64,000 bases of DNA from Candidatus Acidiferrales bacterium (GCA_035933575.1 DASYYR010000071.1:6994-70993); one strand, 5' to 3'; positions 53,666-63,607 are shown, counted from the stretch's first letter. Program-made: numbers and translations. The notes: a model not told the origin generated them from the letters alone.

Positions 53666-56392
53666 TCAGGCGGAGGCGCGCCGTTCCAGGCTTTTATCCT
53701 CGCCAGACGGCGGTGCCGGCGCATTGCGGGATTCAGTGAAAGTGCCCAGGAGTTTCTCCTTCATCGCCTGCGCCAATCCATCGAATACATCGATGCATGC
53801 TTTGCGCATCGCGTCTTCGGCACCGCGAATTAGGGAATCCATGCGTTTCTGGTTCAATGCGTCAAGCTGGTTCACGGTTGCATCGAGCCAGGAGTTTCCC
53901 GCAGAGCGAAGCCGATCCTCATGGCGCTCAAGCTCTTCAGCTCCCAATCCTTCTTGTTTCGCAGACCATTCCGCGAGTTGAGTTTTACCCTGTTCCCGGA
54001 ACACGTCGAGTGTGGCGCCAAGCTGCGATGCGAGGCTCTCGTTCGATTGTGCCAGGTTTCGGTCCGTCGTCATTGCGAGCTGTTCTTGAAAGTGACTAAA
54101 CGAAGTCTGTGCGCGCGCTTGCAGGCTATGCAAGACTTGCTCGGCTGCATCCTCCAGCCGCTTGCGCTCCTGTTCGCTTCGGACATTGCTTTCAGCAACG
54201 GCATGCTCGGCCGCATCTTCCGCCGCCGCTTGTATCCTTTGCTCAAAGGTTCGCGCGACTCCCTCCGCCGTTTCCTCAAATTGGTTCTTCGCTGCGTCAA
54301 CTTGCTTCTGCGAAAGCGCTCCAAAGAGCTCAGCGGTGATCTTCAGCTGAGAAGCTTCGATTTTCCCAAGGTGCGTGCGATATTTTTCCGTCGCTTTCGC
54401 GGCCACTTCATCGATGCCTCTCCCTGCATTATTGACAGAGTCTTCCATGCGCGCGTCCAGCCGTGAAAAACTGCGTTGCAACTGTTCTTCGCACGCTTTT
54501 GCGAGCCCAACCGAGGCTTCCCCCGCCATTCGCGCCGTATTCGCCTGAAGTTCCTCGACCCACTTCGCAGAAACCTGTCTGCCTGCAAGCTCGAAATCGC
54601 TCTGCAAACCCGTGAGCATCGATGACATATTTTCCGTTGCTTCTTGCTGCAAATGCGCAGAAGCCTGCCGCAACCGCTCACGGTGAATGTGTAGAAGTTC
54701 TTTCGCCTGCTCTTCGTGAACGGACAGTTGCCGCGTGGCCTCAGCCGCCTTTTCCAAAACTGGAGCAATCCTTGCATCGATTTCGCCAGCCGTTTGTTCC
54801 ACTCTCTGCTTGCTCATTTCCGTCAACCGTGATTCGGCACACTCCATCGAACGTTTTTGCAGTTCAGCCGCCCGCCGATCCAGTTCCGCAACCCGCGATG
54901 CGACGTCCGATTCCAGACGCTGACGCAATTCATTCAAACTGTCCCGACTCGCCGCTTCGAGCTGTCTGGAATATTCGGAGAAGTGCGTCGCAGCGTTTTC
55001 GATTTCCGTCAAAGAAGTTTTCGTGCGGGCTATTTCTTGACCGAGCGCGCTCTTCACCTCATCAAGCGCAGCGCGCGCGGTTTCGATACTGAGTCCGGAA
55101 TCCTGCTGGAGATCTGCGACTCGCGCCGCCACTTTTTGCTCGGCGGCTTGCAATATTTGTTGAGAGCTGTCGGTAACACGGCCGACGAGCCTTTGTGCGG
55201 CGCTATCGATCGAGGATTCGAGAAGGTCACTCCACTGTGTCTGAGCGCGAGCCATTTCCTCTTGCAGATGCTGACGTACTCTCTCCCGGATTGCCAGCAT
55301 CTCTACGGCATTCCCTTGCTCAAGAGCAATCTGGTGTTCCGCGCGCGATCCCAGTTCCTTTCGGATCTCATCGAGCTGCTGTGACAGTTTTTCCTCGAGA
55401 CGCCGCTGCGCCTGGCCCGCAACTTCTTCGGAAACGGTGCGCACTTCCCCGCGCAAATCTTCCACACGGCGTTCCCATTCCAAAAGTGCGGCTTGGGTTC
55501 GCTCGATTGCCTCGCCCCATGAAGTGTTCAGGTTTTCGTGAACCTCCTGCCTCGCCTGGGCCACCTGGGCGATTAACCTCCGCGTCAAATCCGAAGAAAT
55601 CTGTTCCCTCGCAGATGACTCCCGACCTTCGAATTCCTGACGCCATTTTTCATAGAAGGCCTCCGCCGTGGCGCGATGTTCCTGATTCAACTGATTATGC
55701 AGTTCGCCCCTGAGGCTGGTGGCGCGTTCGTCAACTACTTGCTCGGCAACCTCTCGCGCTTTTTCAACCGCTTTCTGTGCCTGAAATTCGAATTGATGAC
55801 GAAGCTCTCGCAGGAGAGGGCTTTCCTCAATATTGAGCTCGGTCGCCTGTTCCGCGCTGCTGGGGGAAGACTGACGGCCGGAGCTGGCAAGCAAATCCTC
55901 CAAGTAAGAAGCGAGAGGGCCCTCTTGCGGGACTACTTCCATCGCGCTCACAACTTTTTCTGTGACGTCTGCGCCAGGATGGGTCGCGGAGCTTACGTCC
56001 GCCGTCTCCATGCCCTCGATGCTACTGCTCACCCAGTCCACCGGAGGGAGCGCGACACCCCAGACGTTGCTGCCCATTTCCAGTTCGACACCAACTTGAA
56101 ACAACTCACGCAAAGTACGGGGTCTCTGGATCCAGGTGACACGCGCGCGGGTGTTGAGTTGTTCCCTCTGTCTCTGTCCGGCAGGGACCTCGATGGTAAT
56201 CCAGGTGTTTTTCGGGAGGTGGTGCTTGGAGGCGTAGCGGCAACCGTGGAAGCTGAGGCTTTGCGTCGACGTTCGCTCTTCAAACGGCTGCCCTAACAAA
56301 TCCGTGCCGCGAATGATTATTGGCAGCGTCTGTTCAATACGGGTGCTCCGCCGTCGTTGCTCTCCCAAGTAGGTAGAAGCTGCCTGCGCCAC
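53666..56392 (-). CDS. PilZ-domain protein fused to ~770-aa alpha-helical/coiled-coil region
   Basis: GTG start. The N-terminus has RRRSTR (RxxxR), then SLSFHG about 30 aa later (near-canonical D/NxSxxG). The rest is Ala/Glu/Gln/Arg-rich with no Cys-rich or TM regions and has an apolipoprotein-like composition. Confidence 0.6.
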   Translation of the reverse strand: MAQAASTYLGEQRRRSTRIEQTLPIIIRGTDLLGQPFEERTSTQSLSFHGCRYASKHHLPKNTWITIEVPAGQRQREQLNTRARVTWIQRPRTLRELFQVGVELEMGSNVWGVALPPVDWVSSSIEGMETADVSSATHPGADVTEKVVSAMEVVPQEGPLASYLEDLLASSGRQSSPSSAEQATELNIEESPLLRELRHQFEFQAQKAVEKAREVAEQVVDERATSLRGELHNQLNQEHRATAEAFYEKWRQEFEGRESSAREQISSDLTRRLIAQVAQARQEVHENLNTSWGEAIERTQAALLEWERRVEDLRGEVRTVSEEVAGQAQRRLEEKLSQQLDEIRKELGSRAEHQIALEQGNAVEMLAIRERVRQHLQEEMARAQTQWSDLLESSIDSAAQRLVGRVTDSSQQILQAAEQKVAARVADLQQDSGLSIETARAALDEVKSALGQEIARTKTSLTEIENAATHFSEYSRQLEAASRDSLNELRQRLESDVASRVAELDRRAAELQKRSMECAESRLTEMSKQRVEQTAGEIDARIAPVLEKAAEATRQLSVHEEQAKELLHIHRERLRQASAHLQQEATENMSSMLTGLQSDFELAGRQVSAKWVEELQANTARMAGEASVGLAKACEEQLQRSFSRLDARMEDSVNNAGRGIDEVAAKATEKYRTHLGKIEASQLKITAELFGALSQKQVDAAKNQFEETAEGVARTFEQRIQAAAEDAAEHAVAESNVRSEQERKRLEDAAEQVLHSLQARAQTSFSHFQEQLAMTTDRNLAQSNESLASQLGATLDVFREQGKTQLAEWSAKQEGLGAEELERHEDRLRSAGNSWLDATVNQLDALNQKRMDSLIRGAEDAMRKACIDVFDGLAQAMKEKLLGTFTESRNAPAPPSGEDKSLERRASA

Positions 56393-56555
56393 GATTGCCC
56401 CCCGGATGCCAGCCCTTGGCAGAGCATAGCACTCCGAAGCGTCGCGGTCGAGAAGTGAGCAGCCGGAAAAGCAATCACGATGGGGAAACTGCGCCGCGAA
56501 ACCCGGTCTCCGGCAAGCGACCGCGCCCTGGCCTTTGGGTGCACCGCAATTACGT

Positions 56556-57716
56556 CTACGGTTTCTTCTTTTTCACGACCACCGTCGTAGCCGTACCTCC
56601 GCTCAATTGCGCCAGGCTTTCGAGCGAAGCTTTAGCATCGGCCGCGTGCGGACCGGTAGGCTGAAGTTCCAGGTACTTCTGATACGCTTCGAGCGTTCCT
56701 GGTGGAATAATATAAACATCCTTCCCGCCCTCTTTCTTGGCATCAATCTGGTTGGTTAGTGCATTGCCCAGTAAATACCAAGCGTCCGCATCCTTTGGGT
56801 CCATCTGGGTCGCTTTCTGCAGGGGTTCGGTGGCATCCTTCATCTTTCCAGAGTTTGACAGCACGATGCCTATGTTTTTGTAGCAACTCTCCCCCTCCAT
56901 TTTATTGGTTGGGTCGAGGGTCGCGGCTTTGTCGCACGCTGCGCCGGCATCCGGGAGCTTGCCCACGCGCGCCAAATCTGTTCCCAATTGCATGTACAAA
57001 CCGGGCGTAGGCTTGAGTACCACGGCTTTTTGAAGCGCATCCACGGCTTCCGGGTATTTTCCGGCGCCGTCATAAGCCATACCCAAATTCCCCAAAATCG
57101 TCGGCAAATTGGGATCCTTATCGGGAGCGCTCTGCTGCGCCTGCTCGAATTCGGTGACGGCCGTTTGGTAATCCGTGTTCAGTTTGGCCTGTAGTGTGGC
57201 CTTCTGGTCCGGAGGCGACGTGCTGAGTTGCTGCTTCGTTGCATCGGCATCCGCTATGGCATGAACCCCGTTGTCGAAGTGCGTTTTCATTTCCTTGAAT
57301 TTATTCGCGGCCTCTTGCTGCTTTTTCGCCGCCTCGGGGTCGTAGCCCGACTTCTTGGCGATCGCCTGGAAGTTTTCGTTGAGTACCGTACCCTTGTCGC
57401 CAGCGCCGATGCTGACCTGGACTTGATCTGTGTAATCGATGTTGTCCTTCTTAAAGTTTACGTTGTAGATGCCGTTCTCCAGGCCAATTTGCCGGTACAC
57501 GCCTTCTTTGTCGGTTTTAACGACGAAATGCGCTCCATTGTCCTTGTTCGTTATCGTGACGACGACGTCGGGATAGGGATTGCCCTGCAGGTCCAACACC
57601 TTGCCCGACAGGCGGCCTGTTTGTGCCCATGTCGCCGGCGTAAGTAAAAGTATCGGCGCCAACAGAAGCGCCAGGAACAAAACGTAGCCCCCGAGTTTCG
57701 TGATTGAACGCTTCAT
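56556..57716 (-). CDS. Secreted CarboxypepD_reg-like + TPR-repeat protein
   Basis: Signal peptide (LGGYVLFLALLLAPILLLTPATWAQ). GRLSGKVLDLQGNPYPDVVVTITN...DKEGVYRQIGLENGIYNV is a Cna-B/CarboxypepD_reg-type beta domain. Several TPR-like repeats follow. Confidence 0.7.
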   Translation of the reverse strand: MKRSITKLGGYVLFLALLLAPILLLTPATWAQTGRLSGKVLDLQGNPYPDVVVTITNKDNGAHFVVKTDKEGVYRQIGLENGIYNVNFKKDNIDYTDQVQVSIGAGDKGTVLNENFQAIAKKSGYDPEAAKKQQEAANKFKEMKTHFDNGVHAIADADATKQQLSTSPPDQKATLQAKLNTDYQTAVTEFEQAQQSAPDKDPNLPTILGNLGMAYDGAGKYPEAVDALQKAVVLKPTPGLYMQLGTDLARVGKLPDAGAACDKAATLDPTNKMEGESCYKNIGIVLSNSGKMKDATEPLQKATQMDPKDADAWYLLGNALTNQIDAKKEGGKDVYIIPPGTLEAYQKYLELQPTGPHAADAKASLESLAQLSGGTATTVVVKKKKP

Positions 57717-57758
57717 AAGAGCATTCCTCCCAATTATATATTTAGATGCACATGCCGA

Positions 57759-58448
57759 TTATCGCGCAACTTGTGCCCTGTACGCGATAGGATCTGTGTG
57801 TCCTGCCTGCGAGAAGGCGCGCAGCCGCAGCCGACAACTATCGCAAACTCCACACGCTTCGTAATCCGATTGGTAACAGGACCATGTGAGTCCCAGCGGC
57901 GCTCCTAATTCCACGCCCTTCCGCACAATTTCGCTTTTGTACATGTGAATCACCGGGGTCACGATTTCGATCTGCGTCTCTGGCCGCGTCCCAACGCGTA
58001 CCAGCTCAGCAAACGTCTCATAATACTCCGGCCGGCAATCGGGATATCCAGAACTGTCTTCGAAAACGGCGCCAATGTAAATCGCCGTCGCGCCGATTAC
58101 TTCCGCCCAGCTCACTGCGGCGGACAGAAAATGTGCGTTGCGAAATGGAACATAAGTAATGGGAATCGTCGCTGAATTATCCGGCAAGTTCTCAGGTACG
58201 GTAATGCCCGAGTCGGTCAATGCCGAGCCGCCGATCTGCGCCAACGAATCAAACCGCACAACAAGCCTTTTCCCCACACCGTAAAAATCCGCGATCTCTT
58301 CGAAAGCGCGCCGTTCGCGCTGTTCGGTTCGCTGGCCATAGCTTGCATGGAGCAATGCAAGAGAATGCGTCTGGTTCGCAATCGCCGTTGTGACACACGA
58401 GTCCATGCCGCCACTCAGGAGCACCACCGCTTTTGACTTCGAGGTCAT
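57759..58448 (-). CDS. queC: 7-cyano-7-deazaguanine (preQ0) synthase
   Basis: AVVLLSGGMDSCV PP-loop and C-terminal CxxCxxC Zn motif (CGVCDSCRLR). 229 aa. Confidence 0.9.
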   Translation of the reverse strand: MTSKSKAVVLLSGGMDSCVTTAIANQTHSLALLHASYGQRTEQRERRAFEEIADFYGVGKRLVVRFDSLAQIGGSALTDSGITVPENLPDNSATIPITYVPFRNAHFLSAAVSWAEVIGATAIYIGAVFEDSSGYPDCRPEYYETFAELVRVGTRPETQIEIVTPVIHMYKSEIVRKGVELGAPLGLTWSCYQSDYEACGVCDSCRLRLRAFSQAGHTDPIAYRAQVAR

Positions 58449-58479
58449 TACCTATGCGAGCACCCTAAGACTCATTGTC

Positions 58480-59169
58480 CTACACACCGTGCATCGCGGG
58501 ATCCCAAACGAATTTGTGCAGTTGCAATCCGAGGCGCACCGGTAAGTTCTCCGCCAAAATCCATTCCGCCAGCTCGCGCGCATCCATCGCAGGCCATGCG
58601 CCAGCCGGATCGGCAAAAACCGGCGAAAAAAGAATCTCGTGAACTCGTTCGCGAAGCCGATGCTGGGTCATGAATTCGCGGGCGAAATCATAATCCCGCC
58701 GGCTGGCAATCACGAACTTGATTTCATCTTTCTTTTCGAGCGCTTCCAGGTTCGCAAGATTGAACTTTCCGCTTTCTCCTGAGTCCGGGCATTTCACATC
58801 CACGATTTTCACCACTTCGCGCGGCAACTTGCTTATGTCGCGCTCTCCACTCGTCTCGATCAAAACCGTGTAGCCTGAATCGAGCAGCCGCTGCGCCAGT
58901 TCGGGCGTCTCAGGCTGCAAGAGCGGCTCGCCTCCGGTAATTTCAATCAGACGGACGTTTCTGCCGCCGTTCTCTTCTCCATGGCCAGAAAAATCATCCA
59001 CGCGTCTCAAGATGTCCTCCACGGAGTATTTCGTCCCTCCGTGAAACGCATAGGCCGTGTCGCACCACTTGCAGCGCAAATTGCAGCCTGTCAGGCGCAC
59101 AAAAATGCACGGCAGCCCGGCGTAGCTGCTTTCGCCCTGGATCGACTTGAAAATTTCCGTGATGAACAT
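58480..59169 (-). CDS. queE: 7-carboxy-7-deazaguanine synthase (radical SAM)
   Basis: EIFKSIQGES...FVRLTGCNLRCKWCDT matches the QueE N-terminus and CX3CX2C-type cluster motif. Confidence 0.9.
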   Translation of the reverse strand: MFITEIFKSIQGESSYAGLPCIFVRLTGCNLRCKWCDTAYAFHGGTKYSVEDILRRVDDFSGHGEENGGRNVRLIEITGGEPLLQPETPELAQRLLDSGYTVLIETSGERDISKLPREVVKIVDVKCPDSGESGKFNLANLEALEKKDEIKFVIASRRDYDFAREFMTQHRLRERVHEILFSPVFADPAGAWPAMDARELAEWILAENLPVRLGLQLHKFVWDPAMHGV

Positions 59170-59191
59170 TGGTCATGCGCCAACTTTCATG

Positions 59192-59365
59192 TCAGCGTCC
59201 CGCCGTTTGCGACGCGCGCCGCCGCAGATAAATAACTCCGCCAATCGCCGCCGCCAACTCCCCAACAATCACCGGCACGGCCACCGCCAATCCGTAGCCC
59301 ACGTAGAGCCATACGAAGGAAACGATGAAGGCAGGAATCGCAATGATCAGGAAGGCTCGGTTCAC
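59192..59365 (-). CDS. Small (57 aa) two-TM membrane protein between queD and queE (not in ORF track)
   Basis: The hand translation is (V/M)NRAFLIIAIPAFIVSFVWLYVGYGLAVAVPVIVGELAAAIGGVIYLRRRASQTAGR*. GAGG lies 7 nt before the GTG. The ORF neatly fills the queD-queE gap. Confidence 0.45.
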   Translation of the reverse strand: MNRAFLIIAIPAFIVSFVWLYVGYGLAVAVPVIVGELAAAIGGVIYLRRRASQTAGR

Positions 59366-59379
59366 GGTGGCGCCTCAGG

Positions 59380-59811
59380 TTACGGCCGGAAAGTCGCGGC
59401 CGACGTGTCGGTCTCCCAAACGGTGATGCTTGCCACAGCCGCGCCGTTTGATGAAGTGTGCATCTGGCGCGACGTCTCATCGTAAATGTAGCGCGCAATG
59501 TTCTCAGCGGAGGGATTGAGCGTGTCAAACGGCGCGAAATCGTTCAGATTTTTGTGATCCAGCGAGCGGATCACCGACTGAATCACGTGCTTCAAATGCA
59601 CGAAATCGTAAAGCAGGCCGGTCTTATCCAACTCTTGTCCCGCCAGGGTAATCCGCACGCGATAATTATGCCCGTGCTGATTCTCGCATTTTCCCTTGTA
59701 TCCGCGCAGATAGTGGCCCGCGGCGAAGCTTTCTTCCACGCTCACTTCGTACACATCCGGCTCCTGTTCGGTTCCAGCGACGCCACCGTCCCGCGAAACA
59801 CTTGCGCTCAT
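59380..59811 (-). CDS. queD: 6-carboxy-5,6,7,8-tetrahydropterin synthase
   Basis: FAAGHYLRGYKGKCENQHGHNYRV gives the QueD/PTPS Zn-binding His and Cys motif. The ATG overlaps the helicase stop (ATGA). Confidence 0.9.
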   Translation of the reverse strand: MSASVSRDGGVAGTEQEPDVYEVSVEESFAAGHYLRGYKGKCENQHGHNYRVRITLAGQELDKTGLLYDFVHLKHVIQSVIRSLDHKNLNDFAPFDTLNPSAENIARYIYDETSRQMHTSSNGAAVASITVWETDTSAATFRP

Positions 59812-61760
59812 AATTCCTGTGCGAAACGCGCCACTTCGGCAAGGTCTTGTGTAACGGTGTATTCGGGCAGCGACTCCAGGAAAATTCTACCATACTGCAT
59901 GCGCTGGATGCGGTTGTCGAGGATTGCCAGCACGCCGCGATCGTTTCGCGAGCGAATCAGCCGGCCGAATCCCTGTTTGAGCGATAAGACTGCTTTTGGG
60001 ACTTGATATTCCGCAAAGGGATTCTGTCCGTCTTCCTGCAACGCTCGCACGCGAGCCGCGACAATCGGATCGGACGGAACTGCGAACGGCAGCCGGTCGA
60101 TAATCACGCATGAAAGCTGCGCCCCCGGTACGTCCACTCCTTGCCAGAAACTCGCCGTCGCGAGCAGCACAGCGCCGGGCGTCGCCCGAAAACGATCGAG
60201 CAGCGCCGACCGTGGCGCCGTCCCTTGCAGCAGCAGCGGATATGGAATCATCCCGGCCAGCCGCTCGTGAACTTCCCGCATTTGCGCGTAGCTGGTGAAC
60301 AGGCAAAACGCCCGCCCGCGCGTTAATTTCAAGATCTGCGCGATTTCCTCCGCTGCCCGCGCCGAAAAATTCGCATGCCGCACGTCCGGCAGCGCCGGTG
60401 GAATATAAAGCAGCGCCTGACTGCGATAGTCGAATTCCTGCGGCAACACTTCTTCGCGCGATCCCGAAATTCCCAGCCGCTGCTTCACGTAGTCGAACCG
60501 GCCTCCCACCGCGAGCGTCGCCGATGTCAGCACAATCGTATCGAACTGTTCGAAGAGCCTTTCGCGCAGGATGTTGCTGACATCGATGGGCGTCGCCACC
60601 AGATAAACACCTTTCCCGCGCCGCTCGAACCAGTAGACGTAACCTTTCTCTTCGCTTTCGAGAAGGAACGCCAGTTCGCGCCGTAGTTCGGCTGCGCGCC
60701 TGGCGATGTTGAGCACTTCCTCGGGCTTCGAACTCAGCGCGGACAACTCCGTCTCCAGCCGTTTCAGCGCCGCCGCCAGCCCCTCGTGTGGCTCGCGATT
60801 GCGCTCCAGAAACGCCGCTCGTTCCGCCGGCTCGAATGGAAAGCGACCCTCGCGCTCGGGAAAAGCTTCAAAAAATGCGTGCGCCCGTTCGCGAATCTGG
60901 GCTAGGGGACGCCGGGTCGCCGCTGTGCCTGCATTTACCATGCGCAATGTTTGTTCGGCGTCGCGTGCCAGTTCGTCAAATTTGTAACTCGAAATGGCAC
61001 GGCCAAAATAATCGCTCGCCACATCCTCGATTTCATGCGCTTCGTCGAAAATCACCGCTGCATACTCCGGTAAAATCGAGCCAAAATCGTCCTGCCGCAG
61101 CGCCAGGTCGGCAAAAAATAAATGATGGTTCACGATGACCACGTCGGCTTCTTGCGCCCGCTGCCTCATGGCTGTCAGAAAGCACTTCTGGAATTCAGGA
61201 CATTTCTGCCCCGTGCACGCGTCCTTGCGCGCATCGATGCGATTCCAAAGCTCCGCGTCGTCCGGCAGAAAGTCCAGCTCCGCGCGATCACCCGTCTCCG
61301 TCAATTTCTCCCACTCGCGAATTTGCGCGAACCAGTCGATCTCATCCATTCCGCGCAGCACCGGCTGGTTTGCCATCAGATGAACCTTCTGCCGGCAAAC
61401 AAAGTTGTTGCGTCCTTTCATCAGCGCCACTTTCAAGTCGGGCGCGAAGTGCTTGCGCAGAAAAGGAATGTCCTTCTGGAAAAGCTGCTCTTGCAGAGAC
61501 TTCGTGGCCGTCGAAATCACCACACGCCGTCCGCTGCGAATCGCCGGAATCAAATACGCGAGAGTTTTTCCGGTGCCGGTTCCCGCTTCGATCAGGGTGT
61601 GCTGATGCTTCTGAAACGCCTCATCGATCATTTCCGCCATTTCAAGTTGCGCGCGCCGGAACTCGTATCCCGGATGGCATTTCTCCAGCATCCCACCGGG
61701 ACCGAAAATATCGGCCATGGTGATGATGACTTTCGCTTCACTTGTCGCTCGCTTCGCCAT
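59808..61760 (-). CDS. DinG/XPD-family ATP-dependent DNA helicase
   Basis: EAGTGTGKTLAYLIPA (Walker A) and VIFDEAHEIE (DEAH). The C-terminus is ...ILDNRI. Start is ATG 61760 or 61718; the ORF open to 62003 overlaps the divergent gene's start region. Confidence 0.8.
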   Translation of the reverse strand: MAKRATSEAKVIITMADIFGPGGMLEKCHPGYEFRRAQLEMAEMIDEAFQKHQHTLIEAGTGTGKTLAYLIPAIRSGRRVVISTATKSLQEQLFQKDIPFLRKHFAPDLKVALMKGRNNFVCRQKVHLMANQPVLRGMDEIDWFAQIREWEKLTETGDRAELDFLPDDAELWNRIDARKDACTGQKCPEFQKCFLTAMRQRAQEADVVIVNHHLFFADLALRQDDFGSILPEYAAVIFDEAHEIEDVASDYFGRAISSYKFDELARDAEQTLRMVNAGTAATRRPLAQIRERAHAFFEAFPEREGRFPFEPAERAAFLERNREPHEGLAAALKRLETELSALSSKPEEVLNIARRAAELRRELAFLLESEEKGYVYWFERRGKGVYLVATPIDVSNILRERLFEQFDTIVLTSATLAVGGRFDYVKQRLGISGSREEVLPQEFDYRSQALLYIPPALPDVRHANFSARAAEEIAQILKLTRGRAFCLFTSYAQMREVHERLAGMIPYPLLLQGTAPRSALLDRFRATPGAVLLATASFWQGVDVPGAQLSCVIIDRLPFAVPSDPIVAARVRALQEDGQNPFAEYQVPKAVLSLKQGFGRLIRSRNDRGVLAILDNRIQRMQYGRIFLESLPEYTVTQDLAEVARFAQEL

Positions 61761-61935
61761 TTTGTCTGAGGTTACCGAACGGTGCGCACAACCCGAATAG
61801 TTAAAATAGCACAGGGCGGGGGCGGATTCCGGTTCGAGGGTGACGCTACATGAGTTTGCATGCGCGATTGTTCGTTCAGCGTGCTTCGGGAAGCCCCTAA
61901 GCACGAGCGGCGATTCTTTGTTACAATTGAGTGCT

Positions 61936-63576
61936 TTGCTCACCGTTAACAACATCTCCATGCGCTTCGGCGCCAGAGTTCTGTTCGACGACGTGTCTTG
62001 CACGTTTGGCGCGGGCCGACGCTACGCCATCACGGGGCCGAACGGCGCGGGCAAGTCCACGTTCATGAAAATTTTGACCGGCGAAATTGAGCCTTCCAAG
62101 GGCACGATTGGGCGGCCGAAAAAGCTCGGCGTTCTGCGCCAGGACCAGTTTGCCTTCGACAAATTTCGCGTCATCGACACAGTAATCATGGGCAACGCGG
62201 CTCTGTGGAAAGCGCTCGAAGAACGTGACGCGCTCTACGCCAAGCCGCACGAGTCGATGACCGACAAAGACGGCATGAGGCTCGGCGAACTCGAAGGCAT
62301 CGTCGGCGAAGAGGGCGGCTACACAGCGGAAGCCGATGCCGCGATATTGCTCGACGGTTTGGACGTGAACGCGTCGCTGCACGAACGCAAAATGGGCGAA
62401 TTGCAGGGCGGACAAAAAGTTCGCGTCTTGCTGGCTCAAGCTTTGTTCGGCAATCCTCCCGCGCTGTTGCTCGACGAACCCACAAACCACCTCGATCTCG
62501 ATTCCGTTCACTGGCTTCAGGATTATCTCTGTAACTACGACGGCGTGGTCATCGTGATTTCTCACGACCGCCATTTTCTCAATAGCGTCAGCACGCACAC
62601 CGCCGACATCGACTATCAAACGATCATCATGTACACCGGCGGATACGACGACATGGTCCTCGCCAAGACGCAGATTCGCTCGCGCATCGAATCCGAAAAC
62701 GCCCAACGCGAAAAGAAAATCGCGCAACTGAACGAATTCATCGCGCGCTTTTCGGCCGGCACGCGGTCCTCGCAAGTAATGTCACGCAAAAAAGAAGTCG
62801 AGCGCATACAGACTTCGGAGCTGGCGCGGTCCAACATCGCGCGGCCCTACATTCGCTTCGACATGAATCTCCCCTCGGGTCGCCATCCGCTCGAATTTAA
62901 GGGCCTCGCGAAAGCGTATGACGGCCAGCGAGTGATTCAGGGATTTTCGGCAAATGTGGCGCGCGGAGAAAAAATCGCGCTAACCGGCCGCAACGGCGCG
63001 GGCAAAACCACTCTGCTCAAATCGCTGATCCGCTGCGCGGCGGGACACATCAGCGACGAAGACCGCAGATTCCCCATCGACCATGGCACCGTGAAATGGG
63101 GACACGCGGTGGATGTCGGCTACTTCGCGCAGGATCACACCGATTCCATCGCCAGGGGAACCACCGTGATCGAGTGGCTGCATCAGTTCAGGCCGCAAGC
63201 GTCGCAGGAGGAATTGCGCGGGCTGCTCGGCCAGATGCTTTTCAGCGGCGATGACGCGTTGAAGCCCACGCGTGCGCTTTCCGGCGGCGAAGCGGCGCGC
63301 GTGATTTTCTGCCGCTTGATGCTGCAAAAACCTAATTTCCTCGTCCTCGACGAGCCGACCAACCACCTCGATCTCGAATCCATCAACGCCCTCAACATCG
63401 CCTTGCAGCGCTATGACGGCACTGTGCTGCTCGTCACGCACGACCACGACGTGATCGACGAAGTCGCCACGCGCATCTGGCACATCGAAGCCGGCCACGT
63501 CGAAGATTTCAATGGCCCCTATGCCGATTATCTGGCGGCTGAACAGCAGAAAATCTCTAGCCTAACGGATCGCTGA
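61936..63576 (+). CDS. ABC-F family ATPase (two ABC domains, no TMD)
   Basis: GPNGAGKST / LQGGQKVR / LLLDEPTNHLD, then GRNGAGKTT / LSGGEAAR / LVLDEPTNHLD. The likely TTG start at 61936 gives (M)LTVNNISMRFG; the ORF is open from 61840. Confidence 0.85.
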   Translation: MLTVNNISMRFGARVLFDDVSCTFGAGRRYAITGPNGAGKSTFMKILTGEIEPSKGTIGRPKKLGVLRQDQFAFDKFRVIDTVIMGNAALWKALEERDALYAKPHESMTDKDGMRLGELEGIVGEEGGYTAEADAAILLDGLDVNASLHERKMGELQGGQKVRVLLAQALFGNPPALLLDEPTNHLDLDSVHWLQDYLCNYDGVVIVISHDRHFLNSVSTHTADIDYQTIIMYTGGYDDMVLAKTQIRSRIESENAQREKKIAQLNEFIARFSAGTRSSQVMSRKKEVERIQTSELARSNIARPYIRFDMNLPSGRHPLEFKGLAKAYDGQRVIQGFSANVARGEKIALTGRNGAGKTTLLKSLIRCAAGHISDEDRRFPIDHGTVKWGHAVDVGYFAQDHTDSIARGTTVIEWLHQFRPQASQEELRGLLGQMLFSGDDALKPTRALSGGEAARVIFCRLMLQKPNFLVLDEPTNHLDLESINALNIALQRYDGTVLLVTHDHDVIDEVATRIWHIEAGHVEDFNGPYADYLAAEQQKISSLTDR

Positions 63577-63607
63577 AGACGGAATTCTAGCCTTAAACCA
63601 CGAGAAC

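Noticed and set aside
57759-61760. queC/queD/queE plus a helicase, considered as a Dpd-type DNA 7-deazaguanine modification/restriction island.
   Set aside because: No DpdA/TGT-like transglycosylase, DpdB or other dpd genes are in the window. The helicase looks like ordinary DinG (DEAH, single polypeptide). It is kept only as a low-interest note.
61761-61935. A possible preQ1 riboswitch or other structured leader upstream of the dinG-que operon.
   Set aside because: I could not find the preQ1-I/II consensus features. Only a short generic hairpin (GTGCTT...AAGCAC) is present. A covariance-model scan (Rfam RF00522, RF01054) would be needed to exclude it formally.
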